From an uncultured Solirubrobacterales bacterium (lineage in GTDB: Bacteria; Actinomycetota; Thermoleophilia; Solirubrobacterales; Solirubrobacteraceae), in assembly GCA_963809685.1 (NCBI GenBank), contig CAWEKN010000004.1, positions 63,182 to 127,181 on the forward strand: DNA of 64,000 nt, read 5' to 3'. This document shows, one piece after another, positions 9,590 to 20,231 of this stretch. The notes under the pieces are model-generated. The model had not been told where the DNA came from. It saw only the letters and a list, made by a program, of their open reading frames with translations, and did no database searches. Both the position numbers and the translations under genes were made by a program. Positions within the stretch are counted from its first letter, which is position 1, and each line of letters starts with the position of its first letter.

Positions 9590-9805
9590 ATGGAGCGCCC
9601 AGAAGCAGAAGATCCCGAGCGCCTCGCCGACGAGGCCGAGGAGCAGGCCGACGAGCTGGGACGGCGCAGCGAGGCTCTCGCCGAGCGCGTCAAGGAAGTC
9701 CGTCGTGACTGGGACAGCAAGCGCGCGGATGCGAACGTCCCCGGTGCTGTGCCCGACGACGGCGAGGCAGACGAGGAGTCCGACGAGGCGCGCAGCGCCG
9801 AGTGA
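9590..9805 (+). CDS. small acidic hydrophilic hypothetical protein
   Basis: 71 aa, Glu/Asp-rich, GC-type codon usage, GGGTAG box upstream. Confidence 0.55.
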   Translation: MERPEAEDPERLADEAEEQADELGRRSEALAERVKEVRRDWDSKRADANVPGAVPDDGEADEESDEARSAE

Positions 9806-9844
9806 AGAGCGCCGCCCGTAGGCGCACCCCGTAGGCGCACCCCC

Positions 9845-9884
9845 AAAAACGCGAAACGCCCGGCGGGGGGATCCGGGCGTCGCG
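9845..9884 (-). terminator. intrinsic terminator for the CsbD-family gene
   Basis: ACGCCCGG / CCGGGCGT stem with a T-run on the minus strand. Confidence 0.55.
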
Positions 9885-9914
9885 CTACCTGGGGTGGACA
9901 GAGTGCCGATGAGA

Positions 9915-10106
9915 CTAGGAGGTCTTGCGCTCCAGGTCGGCGACCTCCTCGGCCTTGCGGTCCGCTCGCTCCTCGGTGCGGGCGAGCTCGTCCTTGGCCT
10001 CTCCCTTTCGCTGCTCCTGCTTCCCTTCACGTCGCAGCGAAGGATCATCGGCGATGTCGCCGGCAGCCTGCTTCAGCTTGCCGGTGATCTTGTCGGTCAG
10101 GCTCAC
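9915..10106 (-). CDS. CsbD-family general stress protein
   Basis: 'DKITGKLKQAAGDIADDPSLRREG'; GAGGAGG RBS. Confidence 0.8.
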   Translation of the reverse strand: MSLTDKITGKLKQAAGDIADDPSLRREGKQEQRKGEAKDELARTEERADRKAEEVADLERKTS

Positions 10107-10183
10107 TCTGGGCCTCCTCAGTTAGCTATGTCGTGGCCGTAACGGCCGGCTCGGCTTGTCCGGTCCGGCGTGGCACTTGTCAG

Positions 10184-10210
10184 CTACCCAGGTCTGATGG
10201 TCAGAAAAAC
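10184..10210 (-). promoter_or_regulatory. SigB/SigF-like promoter GTTT-N17-GGGTAG for the CsbD-family gene
   Basis: Consensus match on the minus strand. Confidence 0.7.
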
Positions 10211-10269
10211 AGAGAAGTCAGATCACGGACGTAGCGTCGCTACCAGAGGATGGCGGGTATCAGCTTTCC

Positions 10270-12096
10270 ATGAGCGACGAAGACGGCTATCGCCCGATCG
10301 GCGACTACGCCCTGATCGGCGATTGCCACAGCGCAGCGCTGATCTCCGCTGACGGTTCGATCGACTGGTGCTGCCTACCGAGGTTCGACTCGGGCAGCAC
10401 GTTCGGACGGTTGCTCGATCGGCAGTCGGGCGGCCACTGCCAGATCGCGCCGCGGACGCGCGGCCGGTGGCAGATGACCCGGGAGTACCTCGAGGACACG
10501 CTCGTGCTGGAGACCACGATCGAGACCTCGACGGGCAAGGCGCGGCTGCTCGACTGCTTCATCGTGCGCGAGGGCGCCGAGGAGATGTGGGAACGACGGA
10601 TCGTGCGGGTGATCGAGGGCCAGCGCGGAAGCGTCGAGTTCGCGATCCGGGTCGCGCCGCGGTTCGACTACGGCGAGGTGAAGCCGTGGCTGCGCCGGCA
10701 CGGCCCGCTGCTGCACAGCGCCACCGGCGGCAACGACTCGCTGCTGATCTGGTGCGAGCAGGAGCTCGAACAGGACGACGACGCGGACCTCGTCGCGCGC
10801 ACCAAGGTCGGCGTCGGCGACCGCGTCCGCCTCGTGCTCGCGTACTGCCCGCCCGAGTTCGTCGGCGAAGACCCGCCCGAGCCGGACGCCGAGTCGGTCG
10901 ACCAGGAGCTCGAGCGGACCGCCGAGTGGTGGCGGCAGTGGGCGCAAACGCTGAAGCTCGACGGCCGCGACGAACGTGCTGCGCGCCGGTCGGGTCTCGT
11001 GCTCAAAGCGATGACGTACGCGCCGACCGGCGCGATCGTGGCGGCACCGACGACGTCGCTGCCCGAGGTGGCCGGCGGCAAGCGCAACTGGGATTACCGA
11101 TATGCGTGGGTGCGGGATTCGAGCTTCAGCTCACGGGCGTTCGTCGAGCTCGGCGCGGTCAAGGAGGCCGACGCGTTCCGCGCGTTCATCATGCGCTCGG
11201 CGGCCGGCCAGGCCGACGATCTCCAAGTCCTCTACGGGGTCGGCGGCGAGCGCCGTCTGCAGGCGAGCCCGGTCGCGGCACTCGAGGGCTACAAGGGTTC
11301 TGCGCCCGTCAGCGTCGGCAACGACGCCTCGGCCCAGCGCCAGCTCGACGCTTACGGTGAGCTCGTCAACCTGACCTGGCGCTGGCATCGACGCGGCCAC
11401 TCGCCGAGCGACGATGACTGGCGGTTCCTCGTGTCTCTGATCGACCACGCCGCCGAGCAATGGCGCGAGCGAGACTGCGGCATCTGGGAGTGGCCCGGCC
11501 AGCCTGATCATTTCGTGCATTCGAAGGTCCTCTGCTGGTCGGCGCTCGACCACGGATTGAAGCTGGCTGACGAGTGCATGCGCCGCGCCCCTACGCGCCG
11601 CTGGAGGCGGGCGCGCGACGAGCTGCGCGAGACGATCGAGCGCCGCGGTTATGACCGCGAGCGCGGTGTCTACGTTCAAGCGTTCGATCGTCCCGAACTC
11701 GACGCGGCGTTGCTGCTGCTGCCGACCGTCGGCTTCGTCGACTGGCGCGACGAGCGGATGGTGCGCACGACCGCGGCGATCCGCGAAGAGCTCGATGCGG
11801 GGGATGGGAGGCTCTATCGCTACCGGCGAAAGGACGGCTTGCCGGGTCGCGAAGGCGCGTTCCTGTGCTGCTCGTTCTGGCTGGCGGAATGTCTTGCGCG
11901 CCAGGGCGAGCACGAGGACGCTCGCCGGATCTTCGACAGGGCGCTATCGGCGGGAAACGACCTCGGGTTGCTCTCTGAGGAGATCGACCCGCGTTCGGGC
12001 GAGCTGCTGGGCAACTTCCCCCAGGCGCTGACGCACCTTTCGCACATCTCGGCGGCGGTCGCGCTGGTCGATGCCCAGGCCGCTCTCGCAAGCTGA
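10270..12096 (+). CDS. glycoside hydrolase family 15 (trehalase/glucoamylase-like)
   Basis: 'IGDYALIGDC', 'RNWDYRYAWVRD', 'GIWEW', 'LGNFPQALTH'. Confidence 0.9.
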   Translation: MSDEDGYRPIGDYALIGDCHSAALISADGSIDWCCLPRFDSGSTFGRLLDRQSGGHCQIAPRTRGRWQMTREYLEDTLVLETTIETSTGKARLLDCFIVREGAEEMWERRIVRVIEGQRGSVEFAIRVAPRFDYGEVKPWLRRHGPLLHSATGGNDSLLIWCEQELEQDDDADLVARTKVGVGDRVRLVLAYCPPEFVGEDPPEPDAESVDQELERTAEWWRQWAQTLKLDGRDERAARRSGLVLKAMTYAPTGAIVAAPTTSLPEVAGGKRNWDYRYAWVRDSSFSSRAFVELGAVKEADAFRAFIMRSAAGQADDLQVLYGVGGERRLQASPVAALEGYKGSAPVSVGNDASAQRQLDAYGELVNLTWRWHRRGHSPSDDDWRFLVSLIDHAAEQWRERDCGIWEWPGQPDHFVHSKVLCWSALDHGLKLADECMRRAPTRRWRRARDELRETIERRGYDRERGVYVQAFDRPELDAALLLLPTVGFVDWRDERMVRTTAAIREELDAGDGRLYRYRRKDGLPGREGAFLCCSFWLAECLARQGEHEDARRIFDRALSAGNDLGLLSEEIDPRSGELLGNFPQALTHLSHISAAVALVDAQAALAS

Positions 12097-12111
12097 TTTG
12101 ACAGCGCTTGC

Positions 12112-12136
12112 GTTAGCGCGATTTCCGACCGGGTAG
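12112..12136 (+). promoter_or_regulatory. SigB/SigF-like promoter GTTA-N15-GGGTAG for the TPP-enzyme operon
   Basis: Near-consensus match. Confidence 0.6.
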
Positions 12137-12181
12137 CTGGACTGATGATGGTCTGCGCACCCGGAAAGGAATGGACGACGT

Positions 12182-13975
12182 ATGAGTGAGACAGTTGGCG
12201 ATTACCTGCTCGAGAGGCTTGCGACGTGGGGTGTACGAAGGATCTACGGCTACCCGGGTGACGGCATCAACGGGGTGATGGGCGCGTTCGCGCGCTCCAG
12301 CAACGGTCATCGACCCGAATTCATCCAGGCCCGCCACGAGGAGATGGCGGCGTTCATGGCGTGCGCACACGCCAAGTTCACGGGTGAGCTCGGCGTCTGC
12401 ATGGCCACGTCGGGACCCGGCGCGATCCATCTGCTCAACGGGCTCTACGACGCGAAGCTCGACCACCAGCCGGTCGTCGCGATCGTCGGCCAGCAGGCCC
12501 GCGCCGGGCTCGGCGGCAACTACCAGCAGGAGGTCGACCTCCAGACACTGTTCAAGGATGTCGCCCACGAGTTCGTGCAGATGGCGGTCGCTCCCGAGCA
12601 GATCCGCCACCTCGTCGACCGCGCCTGCCGGATCGCGCTCGCTGAGCGCAGCGTCACCGCGATCATCATCCCCAACGACGTGCAGGAAGCAGAGGCCGTT
12701 CCGCAGCCTCCACACGCGCACGGGACCGTGCACTCCGGCCCTGGCTACCGCCCGCCGCGCGTGCTGCCCAGCGACGACGACCTGAACCGCGCGGCCGACG
12801 CTCTGAACGCCGGTCAGCGCGTCGCGATGCTCGTCGGCCAGGGTGCACTCCACGCCTCAGACGAGGTCGCGGCGATCGCCGAGATCCTCGGCGCCGGCGT
12901 CGCCAAGGCGCTGCTCGGCAAGGCGGTGCTGCCGGATGACCTTCCGTACGTGACGGGCTCGATCGGGTTGCTCGGCACCAAGCCGAGCTGGAACCTGATG
13001 CAGGACTGCGACACGCTGCTGATGGTCGGCTCGAGCTTCCCGTACTCCGAGTTCCTGCCCGAGGAGGGCCAGGCGCGGGGAGTGCAGATCGACATCGACG
13101 GGCGAATGCTGGGGATCCGCTATCCGATGGAGGTGAACCTCGTCGGCGACAGCGCCGAGACGCTGCGAGCGCTGCTCCCGCGGCTCGAGCGCAAGCAGGA
13201 TCGCTCCTGGCGCGAGCGGATCGAGCGCGACGTGGCGGACTGGTGGAAGCTGATGGACGAGCGCGCACAACTCTCGGCGGACCCGATCAACCCGCAACTC
13301 GTGTTCAGCGCGCTCTCCGAGCGTCTGCCCGACGGCGCGATCCTCGCGGCGGACTCGGGCTCGTCGGCCAACTGGTTCGCGCGCGACATCAAGATCCGCA
13401 AGGGGATGATGGCGTCGCTGTCTGGCACGCTCGCGACGATGGGTCCCGGCGTCCCCTACGCGATCGGCGCGAAGTTCGCCTACCCGGACCGGCCGGTGTT
13501 CGCGCTCGTCGGCGACGGCGCGATGCAGATGAACGGAATCAACGAGCTGATCACGATCGCGAAGTACCGCCATCGCTGGTCAGACCAGCGGCTGGTCGTA
13601 CTCGTGCTCAACAACCGGGATCTGAATCAGGTGACCTGGGAGCAGCGCGCGATGTCGGGTGACCCCAAGTTCGAGGGCTCGCAGGACCTGCCCGACTTCC
13701 CGTACGCGCGCTACGCGGAGATGCTCGGCCTGAAGGGCATTCGTGCGGCGAGGGCGGACGAGGTCGCGCCGGCATGGGATCAGGCGCTCGCCTCCGATCG
13801 CCCGGTCGTGCTCGAGGCCGTCACCGACCCGGAGGTGCCGCCGCTGCCGCCGCACATCACGATCGAGCAGGCCAAGGCCCTCAGCAAGGCGCTGATCGGC
13901 GGCGACCCGAACGCCGGGCGGATCGTGAGGCAGTCGTTCAAGCAGAAGGTGCGGGAGTTCCTGCCCGGGCGATGA
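12182..13975 (+). CDS. thiamine pyrophosphate-requiring enzyme (pyruvate oxidase-like)
   Basis: 'GYPGDGIN', 'ARHEEMAAF', 'GDGAMQMNG...NN' TPP motif. Confidence 0.9.
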   Translation: MSETVGDYLLERLATWGVRRIYGYPGDGINGVMGAFARSSNGHRPEFIQARHEEMAAFMACAHAKFTGELGVCMATSGPGAIHLLNGLYDAKLDHQPVVAIVGQQARAGLGGNYQQEVDLQTLFKDVAHEFVQMAVAPEQIRHLVDRACRIALAERSVTAIIIPNDVQEAEAVPQPPHAHGTVHSGPGYRPPRVLPSDDDLNRAADALNAGQRVAMLVGQGALHASDEVAAIAEILGAGVAKALLGKAVLPDDLPYVTGSIGLLGTKPSWNLMQDCDTLLMVGSSFPYSEFLPEEGQARGVQIDIDGRMLGIRYPMEVNLVGDSAETLRALLPRLERKQDRSWRERIERDVADWWKLMDERAQLSADPINPQLVFSALSERLPDGAILAADSGSSANWFARDIKIRKGMMASLSGTLATMGPGVPYAIGAKFAYPDRPVFALVGDGAMQMNGINELITIAKYRHRWSDQRLVVLVLNNRDLNQVTWEQRAMSGDPKFEGSQDLPDFPYARYAEMLGLKGIRAARADEVAPAWDQALASDRPVVLEAVTDPEVPPLPPHITIEQAKALSKALIGGDPNAGRIVRQSFKQKVREFLPGR

Positions 13976-15084
13976 GCGCGACCAGCACTCGCGCGCGGAC
14001 TCCGATCGAAGAGTTGGAGGTCGCCGCCTACACGGTTCCGACCGATGCCCCCGAGGCCGACGGGACGCTTTCGTGGGAGTCGACGACGGTCGTCGTCGTC
14101 CACGCCTACGCCGGCGGCGAGTGGGGGCTTGGTTACAGCTACGCGGATCTGTCGACGGCGACGCTGATCGCATCGAAGCTCGGATCGATCGTCCAGGGCC
14201 TGGATGCAATCGATCCGCCGAGCGCTTGGGGGACGATGGTGCGAGCGATCCGCAACCTCGGCCGGCCGGGCATCTGCTCGATGGCGATCGCCGCGGTCGA
14301 CGTTGCGCTATGGGACCTGAAGGCGCGGCTGCTGGGACTGCCGCTGTGCAAGCTGCTGGGGATGGCTCACGCACGGGTCCCCGTGTACGGATCCGGCGGC
14401 TTCACCTCGTACTCGATGCGCCGCCTCGCCGACCAGCTCGGTGGCTGGGCCAGCCAGGGAATCGGTCGCGTGAAGATGAAGGTCGGATCCTCGCCCGACA
14501 CCGATCCGTCGCGGGTGCGGGCCGCGCGAGAGGCGATCGGCCCGAATACCGACCTGTTCGTCGACGCAAACGGCGCCTACGCGCGCAAGCAGGCGCTGTC
14601 GCTGGCGGTGCGTTTCCGCGAGGACGCCGGCGTCAGCTGGTTCGAGGAGCCCGTGTCCTCCGACGATCTCGACGGGCTGCGGCTTCTGCGCGACAACGGG
14701 CCCGAGGGCATGGCGATCGCGGCCGGCGAGTACGGCTACGACTTGCCCTACTTCGAGCGGATGCTCGACGCGGGCGCGGTCGACGTGCTGCAGGCCGACG
14801 TGACGCGCTGCGCGGGGATCACCGAGTTGCTTCGCGTCGACGCGGTGTGCCGCGCCCGCAGCATGCCGCTGTCGCTGCACTGTGGGCCCGCGATCCACCT
14901 CCACCCAGGGCTCGCGCTCGAGCAGCTCGTCCACCTCGAATACTTCCATGACCACGTGCGGATCGAGCAGCTGCTGTTCGACGGCGTCGTGGCGCCGCGC
15001 GACGGCGCGCTGCAGCCGGACCTCGACCGGCCCGGGATCGGGCTCGAGCTCAAACGCGCGGATGCGGAGCGGTATGGGGCGTAA
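13972..15084 (+). CDS. mandelate racemase/muconate lactonizing (enolase superfamily) enzyme
   Basis: 'KMKVG', 'VDANG', 'FEEP', 'AGEY'. Confidence 0.9.
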   Translation: MSATSTRARTPIEELEVAAYTVPTDAPEADGTLSWESTTVVVVHAYAGGEWGLGYSYADLSTATLIASKLGSIVQGLDAIDPPSAWGTMVRAIRNLGRPGICSMAIAAVDVALWDLKARLLGLPLCKLLGMAHARVPVYGSGGFTSYSMRRLADQLGGWASQGIGRVKMKVGSSPDTDPSRVRAAREAIGPNTDLFVDANGAYARKQALSLAVRFREDAGVSWFEEPVSSDDLDGLRLLRDNGPEGMAIAAGEYGYDLPYFERMLDAGAVDVLQADVTRCAGITELLRVDAVCRARSMPLSLHCGPAIHLHPGLALEQLVHLEYFHDHVRIEQLLFDGVVAPRDGALQPDLDRPGIGLELKRADAERYGA

Positions 15085-15562
15085 CGGCTCGATCAAGCCG
15101 CGGCGGTTGACGCTGCGCCAAACGCCGCCCGCGGAGCGCGCCGTCGCTCGGTGGTGGCGCGACGTGTCGCGCGGACGGATGCAGAAGACGCTCGCGGGGG
15201 CGACCGCGTTCAGCGCGCTCCCGCTCGGGCTCGAGATCTATTTCGAGCACTTCCGCGGCTCGTTCGGTGACAAGTGGATGTGGACCCCGGTGCTCCTGTC
15301 GCCGGCGTTGACGGTCGCGGGGCTCGCGGGCGTGCGCTCCGAGCGCGCGGCGAAGACGTGGCTCCCGGTGATCTCGGCGCTGTACTGCGCCGACGGCCTC
15401 GTCGGTGTGATCACGCACGTCCGCGGCGTCGCGCGCAAACCCGGCGGCTTTCGCGAGGCGCAGTTCAACATCGTGATGGGGCCGCCGCTGCTCGCGCCGG
15501 GGTCGCTCGCGCTCGTCGGGGGGATGGGCATCGCGGCGGCGGCGCTGGGCCGCGAGCGCTGA
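15074..15562 (+). CDS. membrane protein associated with the GMC operon
   Basis: About 4 TM; 'EHFRGSF', 'THVRGV', 'GPPLLAP'. Confidence 0.65.
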   Translation: MGRNGSIKPRRLTLRQTPPAERAVARWWRDVSRGRMQKTLAGATAFSALPLGLEIYFEHFRGSFGDKWMWTPVLLSPALTVAGLAGVRSERAAKTWLPVISALYCADGLVGVITHVRGVARKPGGFREAQFNIVMGPPLLAPGSLALVGGMGIAAAALGRER

Positions 15563-16287
15563 TGGCTGCGCACGATCTCCGCCGGGGCGGCCACCTCCCG
15601 AACCTCCGGCCAGACCGTCGGCCCCCGTCGCCGGACGAGCTCCCGCGCCAACGCAACGGCGTCACGCCGCAGATGCACGGCCGCTATCCCGACTACAACG
15701 TGCTCGACCAGGCGGGCCACTGGGACCCCGTGACGCGCGAGATGGTGATGGACAGGGTGCAGCGAACGCCGCCGATCCGCTTCTTCACGGGTCCCGAGGT
15801 GGCGACGCTCCAGGTGTTCTGCGACGTCGTCATGGCGCAGGATCGCGAGCCGAAGATTCCGGTGTTGAACATCGTCGACGCGAAGCTGTTCGCGGGCGAG
15901 CTCGACGGCTTTCACTACGCCGACATGCCCGACGACCGGGAGACGTGGCGGCGCTTGGCGCTCGGGCTCGACGCCGCCGCCCGTCAGCATAGATCGCCGA
16001 ACTTCGTCGATGCGGCCGCCGACGTCCAGCACAACGTGATCGACGCCCTGGCCCACGGCGAGCTGCACGGCGAGGTCTGGGACGAGATGCCGCCGTCGAG
16101 GACGTGGAAGGTCGTGACCCGGGCGATACTGAGCGCGTTCTACTCGCACCCGTGGGCGTGGAACGAGATCGGCTTCGGCGGCCCCGCCTACCCGCGCGGC
16201 TATGCCAGGTTCGGGCTCGGTCAGCGCGAGAGCTGGGAGGGCGCAGCGGCGTTCGAGCTCGATCCGGAGAAGGACATCGACGGATGA
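15562..16287 (+). CDS. gluconate 2-dehydrogenase subunit 3-like protein
   Basis: 'AFYSHPWAWNEIGFGGPAYPRGY'. Confidence 0.8.
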   Translation: MAAHDLRRGGHLPNLRPDRRPPSPDELPRQRNGVTPQMHGRYPDYNVLDQAGHWDPVTREMVMDRVQRTPPIRFFTGPEVATLQVFCDVVMAQDREPKIPVLNIVDAKLFAGELDGFHYADMPDDRETWRRLALGLDAAARQHRSPNFVDAAADVQHNVIDALAHGELHGEVWDEMPPSRTWKVVTRAILSAFYSHPWAWNEIGFGGPAYPRGYARFGLGQRESWEGAAAFELDPEKDIDG

Positions 16288-18023
16288 GCCTTCGCCACGA
16301 GCTGCGCACGCTCGCGCGCGGTGCGCTGCGCCCGCCCGAGAACGATTCCGCGTTCCTGCTCGACGTCCATCGTCGCGCGGTCGTGCGCGATCGGATGGCC
16401 CGCTACGACGACGCCTTCGAGGTCGATCTCGCGATCGTCGGCGCTGGTGCCGGCGGGGCGACGCTCGCCCAGCGGCTGGCGCGGCGGGGATGGAAGGTCG
16501 TCGTGCTGGAGTCCGGCCCGTTCTGGGACCCCGACGAGGATTTCGTCTCCGACGAGGCCGGATCGCACAGGCTCTACTGGACCGATGAGCGGATCACGGG
16601 CGGAAGCGACCCGGTCGAGCTCGGAAAGAACAACTCCGGCCACGGCGTCGGCGGCTCGATGGTCCACTATGCCGGCTACTGCCCGCGCTTTCATCCGTCG
16701 GACTTCGAGGTTGCCTCGCGCGACGGCGTGGGGGAGGACTGGCCGATCTCATACGAGGATCTGAAGCCCCACTACGAGCGGCTCGAGCTCGAGCTGCCGG
16801 TGGCCGGCGAGTACTGGCCGTGGGGCGACCCGCACCGCTACCCGCACGGCCCGCACCCGATCGCGGGCGGTGCCGAGGCGGCGATCGGCGGCGCGCGCAA
16901 GCTCGGCATCGAAATGCGCGTCGGGCCGGTCGGGATCACCAACGGCTCCTTCGGCAACCGGCCGCACTGCATCTATCGCGGCTTCTGCCTGCAGGGATGC
17001 AAGGTCAACGCGAAGGCATCGCCACTGGTCACCCACATCCCGGACGCGATCGAGCACGGGGCCGAGATCCGCGCGGGCTGCATGGTCGGCGCGGTCGAGG
17101 TCGACGACGCCAGCGGGCGAGCGACCGGGGTGCGTTATTTCCTCGATGGGGTGCAGCGGTTCCAGCGCGCCGCTGCGGTCGCTGTCTGCGGCTACTCGAT
17201 CGAGACCCCGAGGCTGCTGCTCAACTCTGTCAGCCGCCGCTTTCCGCGCGGGCTCGCGAACAACAACGATCAGGTCGGGCGCTGCGTGATGGTGCAGGGC
17301 GCGCCACAGGTCGCCGGCCGGTTCCCCGACGAGGCGCGGATGTACAAGATGCCGCCGCCCGAGGTCTCCTCCGAGCAGTTCTACGAGACCGACCCGCGCC
17401 GCGGCTTCGTGCGCGGGTTCTCGATCCAGACGGTCGGGCCGCTGCCGATCGAGCACGCCCAGCACGTGCTCGGTCACGGCCACTGGGGCGCTGCGCTGCG
17501 CGCGTACATGCGCGACTACAACCACTGGTACACGCTCGGCGTCCTGTGCGAGCTTTTGCCACTGCCCGATAACCGCGTCACGGTGTGCTCCGATGTGACT
17601 GACGCAAACGGGCTGCCGGTCGCGCGCATGGACTACTCGCAAGGCGACAACGACCGCCGGAACATCGCCTTCGCCAAGCAGACGCTGAAGGACATCTTCG
17701 ACGCGTCGGGCGCCCAGGACACGCTCATCACCGACCGCTACGCGCACCTCGTCGGCGGTTGCCGGATGGGCTCTGACCCCGACCGCAGCGTCGTCGACTC
17801 CGATCACCGCGCGTGGGAGGTGCCGAACCTGTTCATCGCGGACGGCAGCGTGATGCCGACGCAGGGTTCCGCGAATCCGGCATTGACGATCATGGCGCTC
17901 GCCTCGCGGCTGGCGAAGCGCCTCGAGCTCAAGCGCGTCGGCGCGTCAGCAGCGTCCCGGCCGCACCCGCTGCGGTCCCGAGGGCAGCCGCGCCCAGCGC
18001 TGTCGGCAAGCGGTGACGGCTGA
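16284..18023 (+). CDS. GMC-family FAD oxidoreductase
   Basis: 'GAGAGG', 'GVGGSMVHY', '[11 protein letters not shown]', 'HLVGGCRMG', 'ANPALTI'. Confidence 0.9.
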   Translation: MSLRHELRTLARGALRPPENDSAFLLDVHRRAVVRDRMARYDDAFEVDLAIVGAGAGGATLAQRLARRGWKVVVLESGPFWDPDEDFVSDEAGSHRLYWTDERITGGSDPVELGKNNSGHGVGGSMVHYAGYCPRFHPSDFEVASRDGVGEDWPISYEDLKPHYERLELELPVAGEYWPWGDPHRYPHGPHPIAGGAEAAIGGARKLGIEMRVGPVGITNGSFGNRPHCIYRGFCLQGCKVNAKASPLVTHIPDAIEHGAEIRAGCMVGAVEVDDASGRATGVRYFLDGVQRFQRAAAVAVCGYSIETPRLLLNSVSRRFPRGLANNNDQVGRCVMVQGAPQVAGRFPDEARMYKMPPPEVSSEQFYETDPRRGFVRGFSIQTVGPLPIEHAQHVLGHGHWGAALRAYMRDYNHWYTLGVLCELLPLPDNRVTVCSDVTDANGLPVARMDYSQGDNDRRNIAFAKQTLKDIFDASGAQDTLITDRYAHLVGGCRMGSDPDRSVVDSDHRAWEVPNLFIADGSVMPTQGSANPALTIMALASRLAKRLELKRVGASAASRPHPLRSRGQPRPALSASGDG

Positions 18024-18945
18024 GCCAGGCCTGGGCGCTGCGCGGGTGTGCCTCCTTGTCAAAGACGCCGTGCGCGCCCTCGTCGTGGTCGTCGTCGACG
18101 GGCTCGAACAGGTTCGCGGCCTTCTGCCCGTCGAACGCGTCGGGCGTCTGCTGGCCCTGGATCGCGGTCCGCGCGAGGTAGCGCTCCGCAAACCACGGCG
18201 CGAGCTTGTTACCGATGATCGTGTAGACCGTCGGCAGGCCAACGTAGAGCTCGCGGCGCCGGCGATGCGGGTGTGCTGCCCAATAGATCGCGCGCGCGGC
18301 GACCTCGGGCTGATAGATCGGCGGGACCGGCTGCGGGTGGCGGCGCATCCGGCTCAGGCAGTGGTCGAACTGCGGCGTGTTGAGGCCCGGCAGCTGCACC
18401 ATCGTGAGGTGGACGTTGCTGCCGCGGTGTCTGAGCTCGCAGCGCAGCGACTCGAACGAGCCCTTGATCGCATGCTTGGCCCCGCAGTAAGGAGATTGCA
18501 GGGGGATCCCCCGGTAGGCGAGCGCCGAGCCGACCTGCACGATCGTGCCGCGGTCGCGCGGCATCATCCGGTGCAGCGCGGCCTTGGTGCCCCAGACAGT
18601 GCCGAGATACGTAACTCGCGTCGCCCGCTCGTACTCGGCCGCCGAGATGTCCTCGAAGAAGTCGAACACGGTCGTCATCGCGTTGTTGATCCAGATATCG
18701 ATCGGGCCGAGCCGGTCCTCGATCGCCGCGGCGGCGCCGTGCACCTGCTCGTACTCGGCGACGTCGGCGGCGTGCGGGTAGGCGACGCCGCCGAGGCTCT
18801 CGACGTCGCGCGCGGCTCCCGCGAGCCCGGCGCGCCCGCGCGCGATCAGCCCGATCGCCGCGCCGCGGCGCGCGAACTCCTGGGCGATCGCGCGGCCGAC
18901 GCCCGCCGACGCGCCGGTGACGACGACTACCTCGCGTTCAGCCAC
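17929..18945 (-). CDS. SDR-family oxidoreductase
   Basis: 'TGASAGVG', 'YCGAK'. Confidence 0.9.
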   Translation of the reverse strand: MAEREVVVVTGASAGVGRAIAQEFARRGAAIGLIARGRAGLAGAARDVESLGGVAYPHAADVAEYEQVHGAAAAIEDRLGPIDIWINNAMTTVFDFFEDISAAEYERATRVTYLGTVWGTKAALHRMMPRDRGTIVQVGSALAYRGIPLQSPYCGAKHAIKGSFESLRCELRHRGSNVHLTMVQLPGLNTPQFDHCLSRMRRHPQPVPPIYQPEVAARAIYWAAHPHRRRRELYVGLPTVYTIIGNKLAPWFAERYLARTAIQGQQTPDAFDGQKAANLFEPVDDDHDEGAHGVFDKEAHPRSAQAWLSRHRLPTALGAAALGTAAGAAGTLLTRRRA

Positions 18946-19037
18946 GACGCCACGTGCCTCGAGTCTTGCCCGCGGTCATCCTGCGCAGCTGCCTTGCCGA
19001 TCACCGACGTCATCCTGTGAATGGGACTACCCCAGCG

Positions 19038-19796
19038 ATGACGCCGGTACGCATCGGCTGCTCGGGCTGGATGTACGACAGCTGGCGCGGGGGCCTGTAT
19101 CCCGAACGCGTACCGAAGCGCCGTTGGCTCGAGCTCTACGCCGAACACTTCGACACCGTCGAGGTCAACTCGACCTTCTACCGGTTGGCACGCCGGAGCG
19201 CGGTCGAGGGCTGGGTTTCGCAGACGCCGCCGGGCTTCAGCTTCGCCGTGAAGGCGAGCCGCTACCTCACCCATATCCGCAGGCTCGCCGACATCGGGGA
19301 GGGGATCAAGCGCTTCTACGAGCCGCTGGAGCCGCTGCTCGAGGCTGACCGCCTCGGGCCGGTGCTGTGGCAGCTTCCAGAGAACTTCCACCGCGACGAC
19401 GAACGACTTGCAGCGTGGCTCGCGGCCCTTGATTCGCTCCCGGCCACCCTGCACACGATCGAGTTCCGTCACCCGAGTTGGTTCGATCCGGCGGTGACGG
19501 ACGCCCTGCGCATACGTGGCGTCGCGCTCGCGATCGGCGACCATCCGGCGCGGCCGTTCCAGTCGCACGAGGCGACGGCCGACTGGATGTTCGTCCGTTT
19601 TCACCACGGGCACCGCGGAAGGCGAGGCAACTACTCCAAGAGCGAGCTCGAGCAGTGGCGTCACCGAATCGCTTCGTGGCGCCGCGAGCGCGCCGTGTTC
19701 GCGTACTTCAACAACGACTGGGAGGGGTTCGCGCCCGCCAACGCGCTCGAGCTGCGCCGTCTGCTCGGTGTAGGCCTTTACGAGACGGTGGCCTGA
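19038..19796 (+). CDS. DUF72 (YecE) family protein
   Basis: 'RIGCSGW', 'VEVNSTFY', 'YFNND'. Confidence 0.85.
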   Translation: MTPVRIGCSGWMYDSWRGGLYPERVPKRRWLELYAEHFDTVEVNSTFYRLARRSAVEGWVSQTPPGFSFAVKASRYLTHIRRLADIGEGIKRFYEPLEPLLEADRLGPVLWQLPENFHRDDERLAAWLAALDSLPATLHTIEFRHPSWFDPAVTDALRIRGVALAIGDHPARPFQSHEATADWMFVRFHHGHRGRRGNYSKSELEQWRHRIASWRRERAVFAYFNNDWEGFAPANALELRRLLGVGLYETVA

Positions 19797-20182
19797 TCGA
19801 CCGGCCGTCCGAAGCGTTCGCGCAGTTCCGCTGGGTCGAGGTCCTCGCGGTAGCGCCGGCTGTCGCCGTGCTTGAACAGCACGATCCGGTCAGCGTCGAA
19901 GGTCGCAAGCGCGTCCTCGGTCGCCTCGAGCGGGTCGCTCTCGCCGGTATCTCCGCTGGCGGCTACGCCGGAGTCGCCGAGGCGTTGCACGCTCTCACGA
20001 CGGACCTGCTCGGCGCGGTCGATTGCCTCGTCGGCGTCGGAGAACCAGAACTTGATCGGGCTCTCCTGGAGCGCCGGCGCGACGACCATCACCTCGGCGT
20101 CGGAGAGGTCGATGTCGGTCCCGAGCGCACCGCGCAGCTGCTCGGCTGAGATCGGCTCCGACGTGACGACGAGCAGTTTCAT
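19778..20182 (-). CDS. hypothetical protein, universal-stress-protein-like fold
   Basis: 'VASGDTGESDPL...FDADRIV'; GATT-N16-GGGTAG promoter at 20197-20222. Confidence 0.6.
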   Translation of the reverse strand: MKLLVVTSEPISAEQLRGALGTDIDLSDAEVMVVAPALQESPIKFWFSDADEAIDRAEQVRRESVQRLGDSGVAASGDTGESDPLEATEDALATFDADRIVLFKHGDSRRYREDLDPAELRERFGRPVDQATVS

Positions 20183-20231
20183 CTTCGGTTCTGTGGCTAC
20201 CCGCGCCTCTTCGGGCGCAATCCCGCTGGCT

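Noticed and set aside
9815-9840. 13-bp tandem duplication CCCGTAGGCGCAC x2
   Set aside because: Only two copies, next to a terminator; most likely slippage with no evidence of function.
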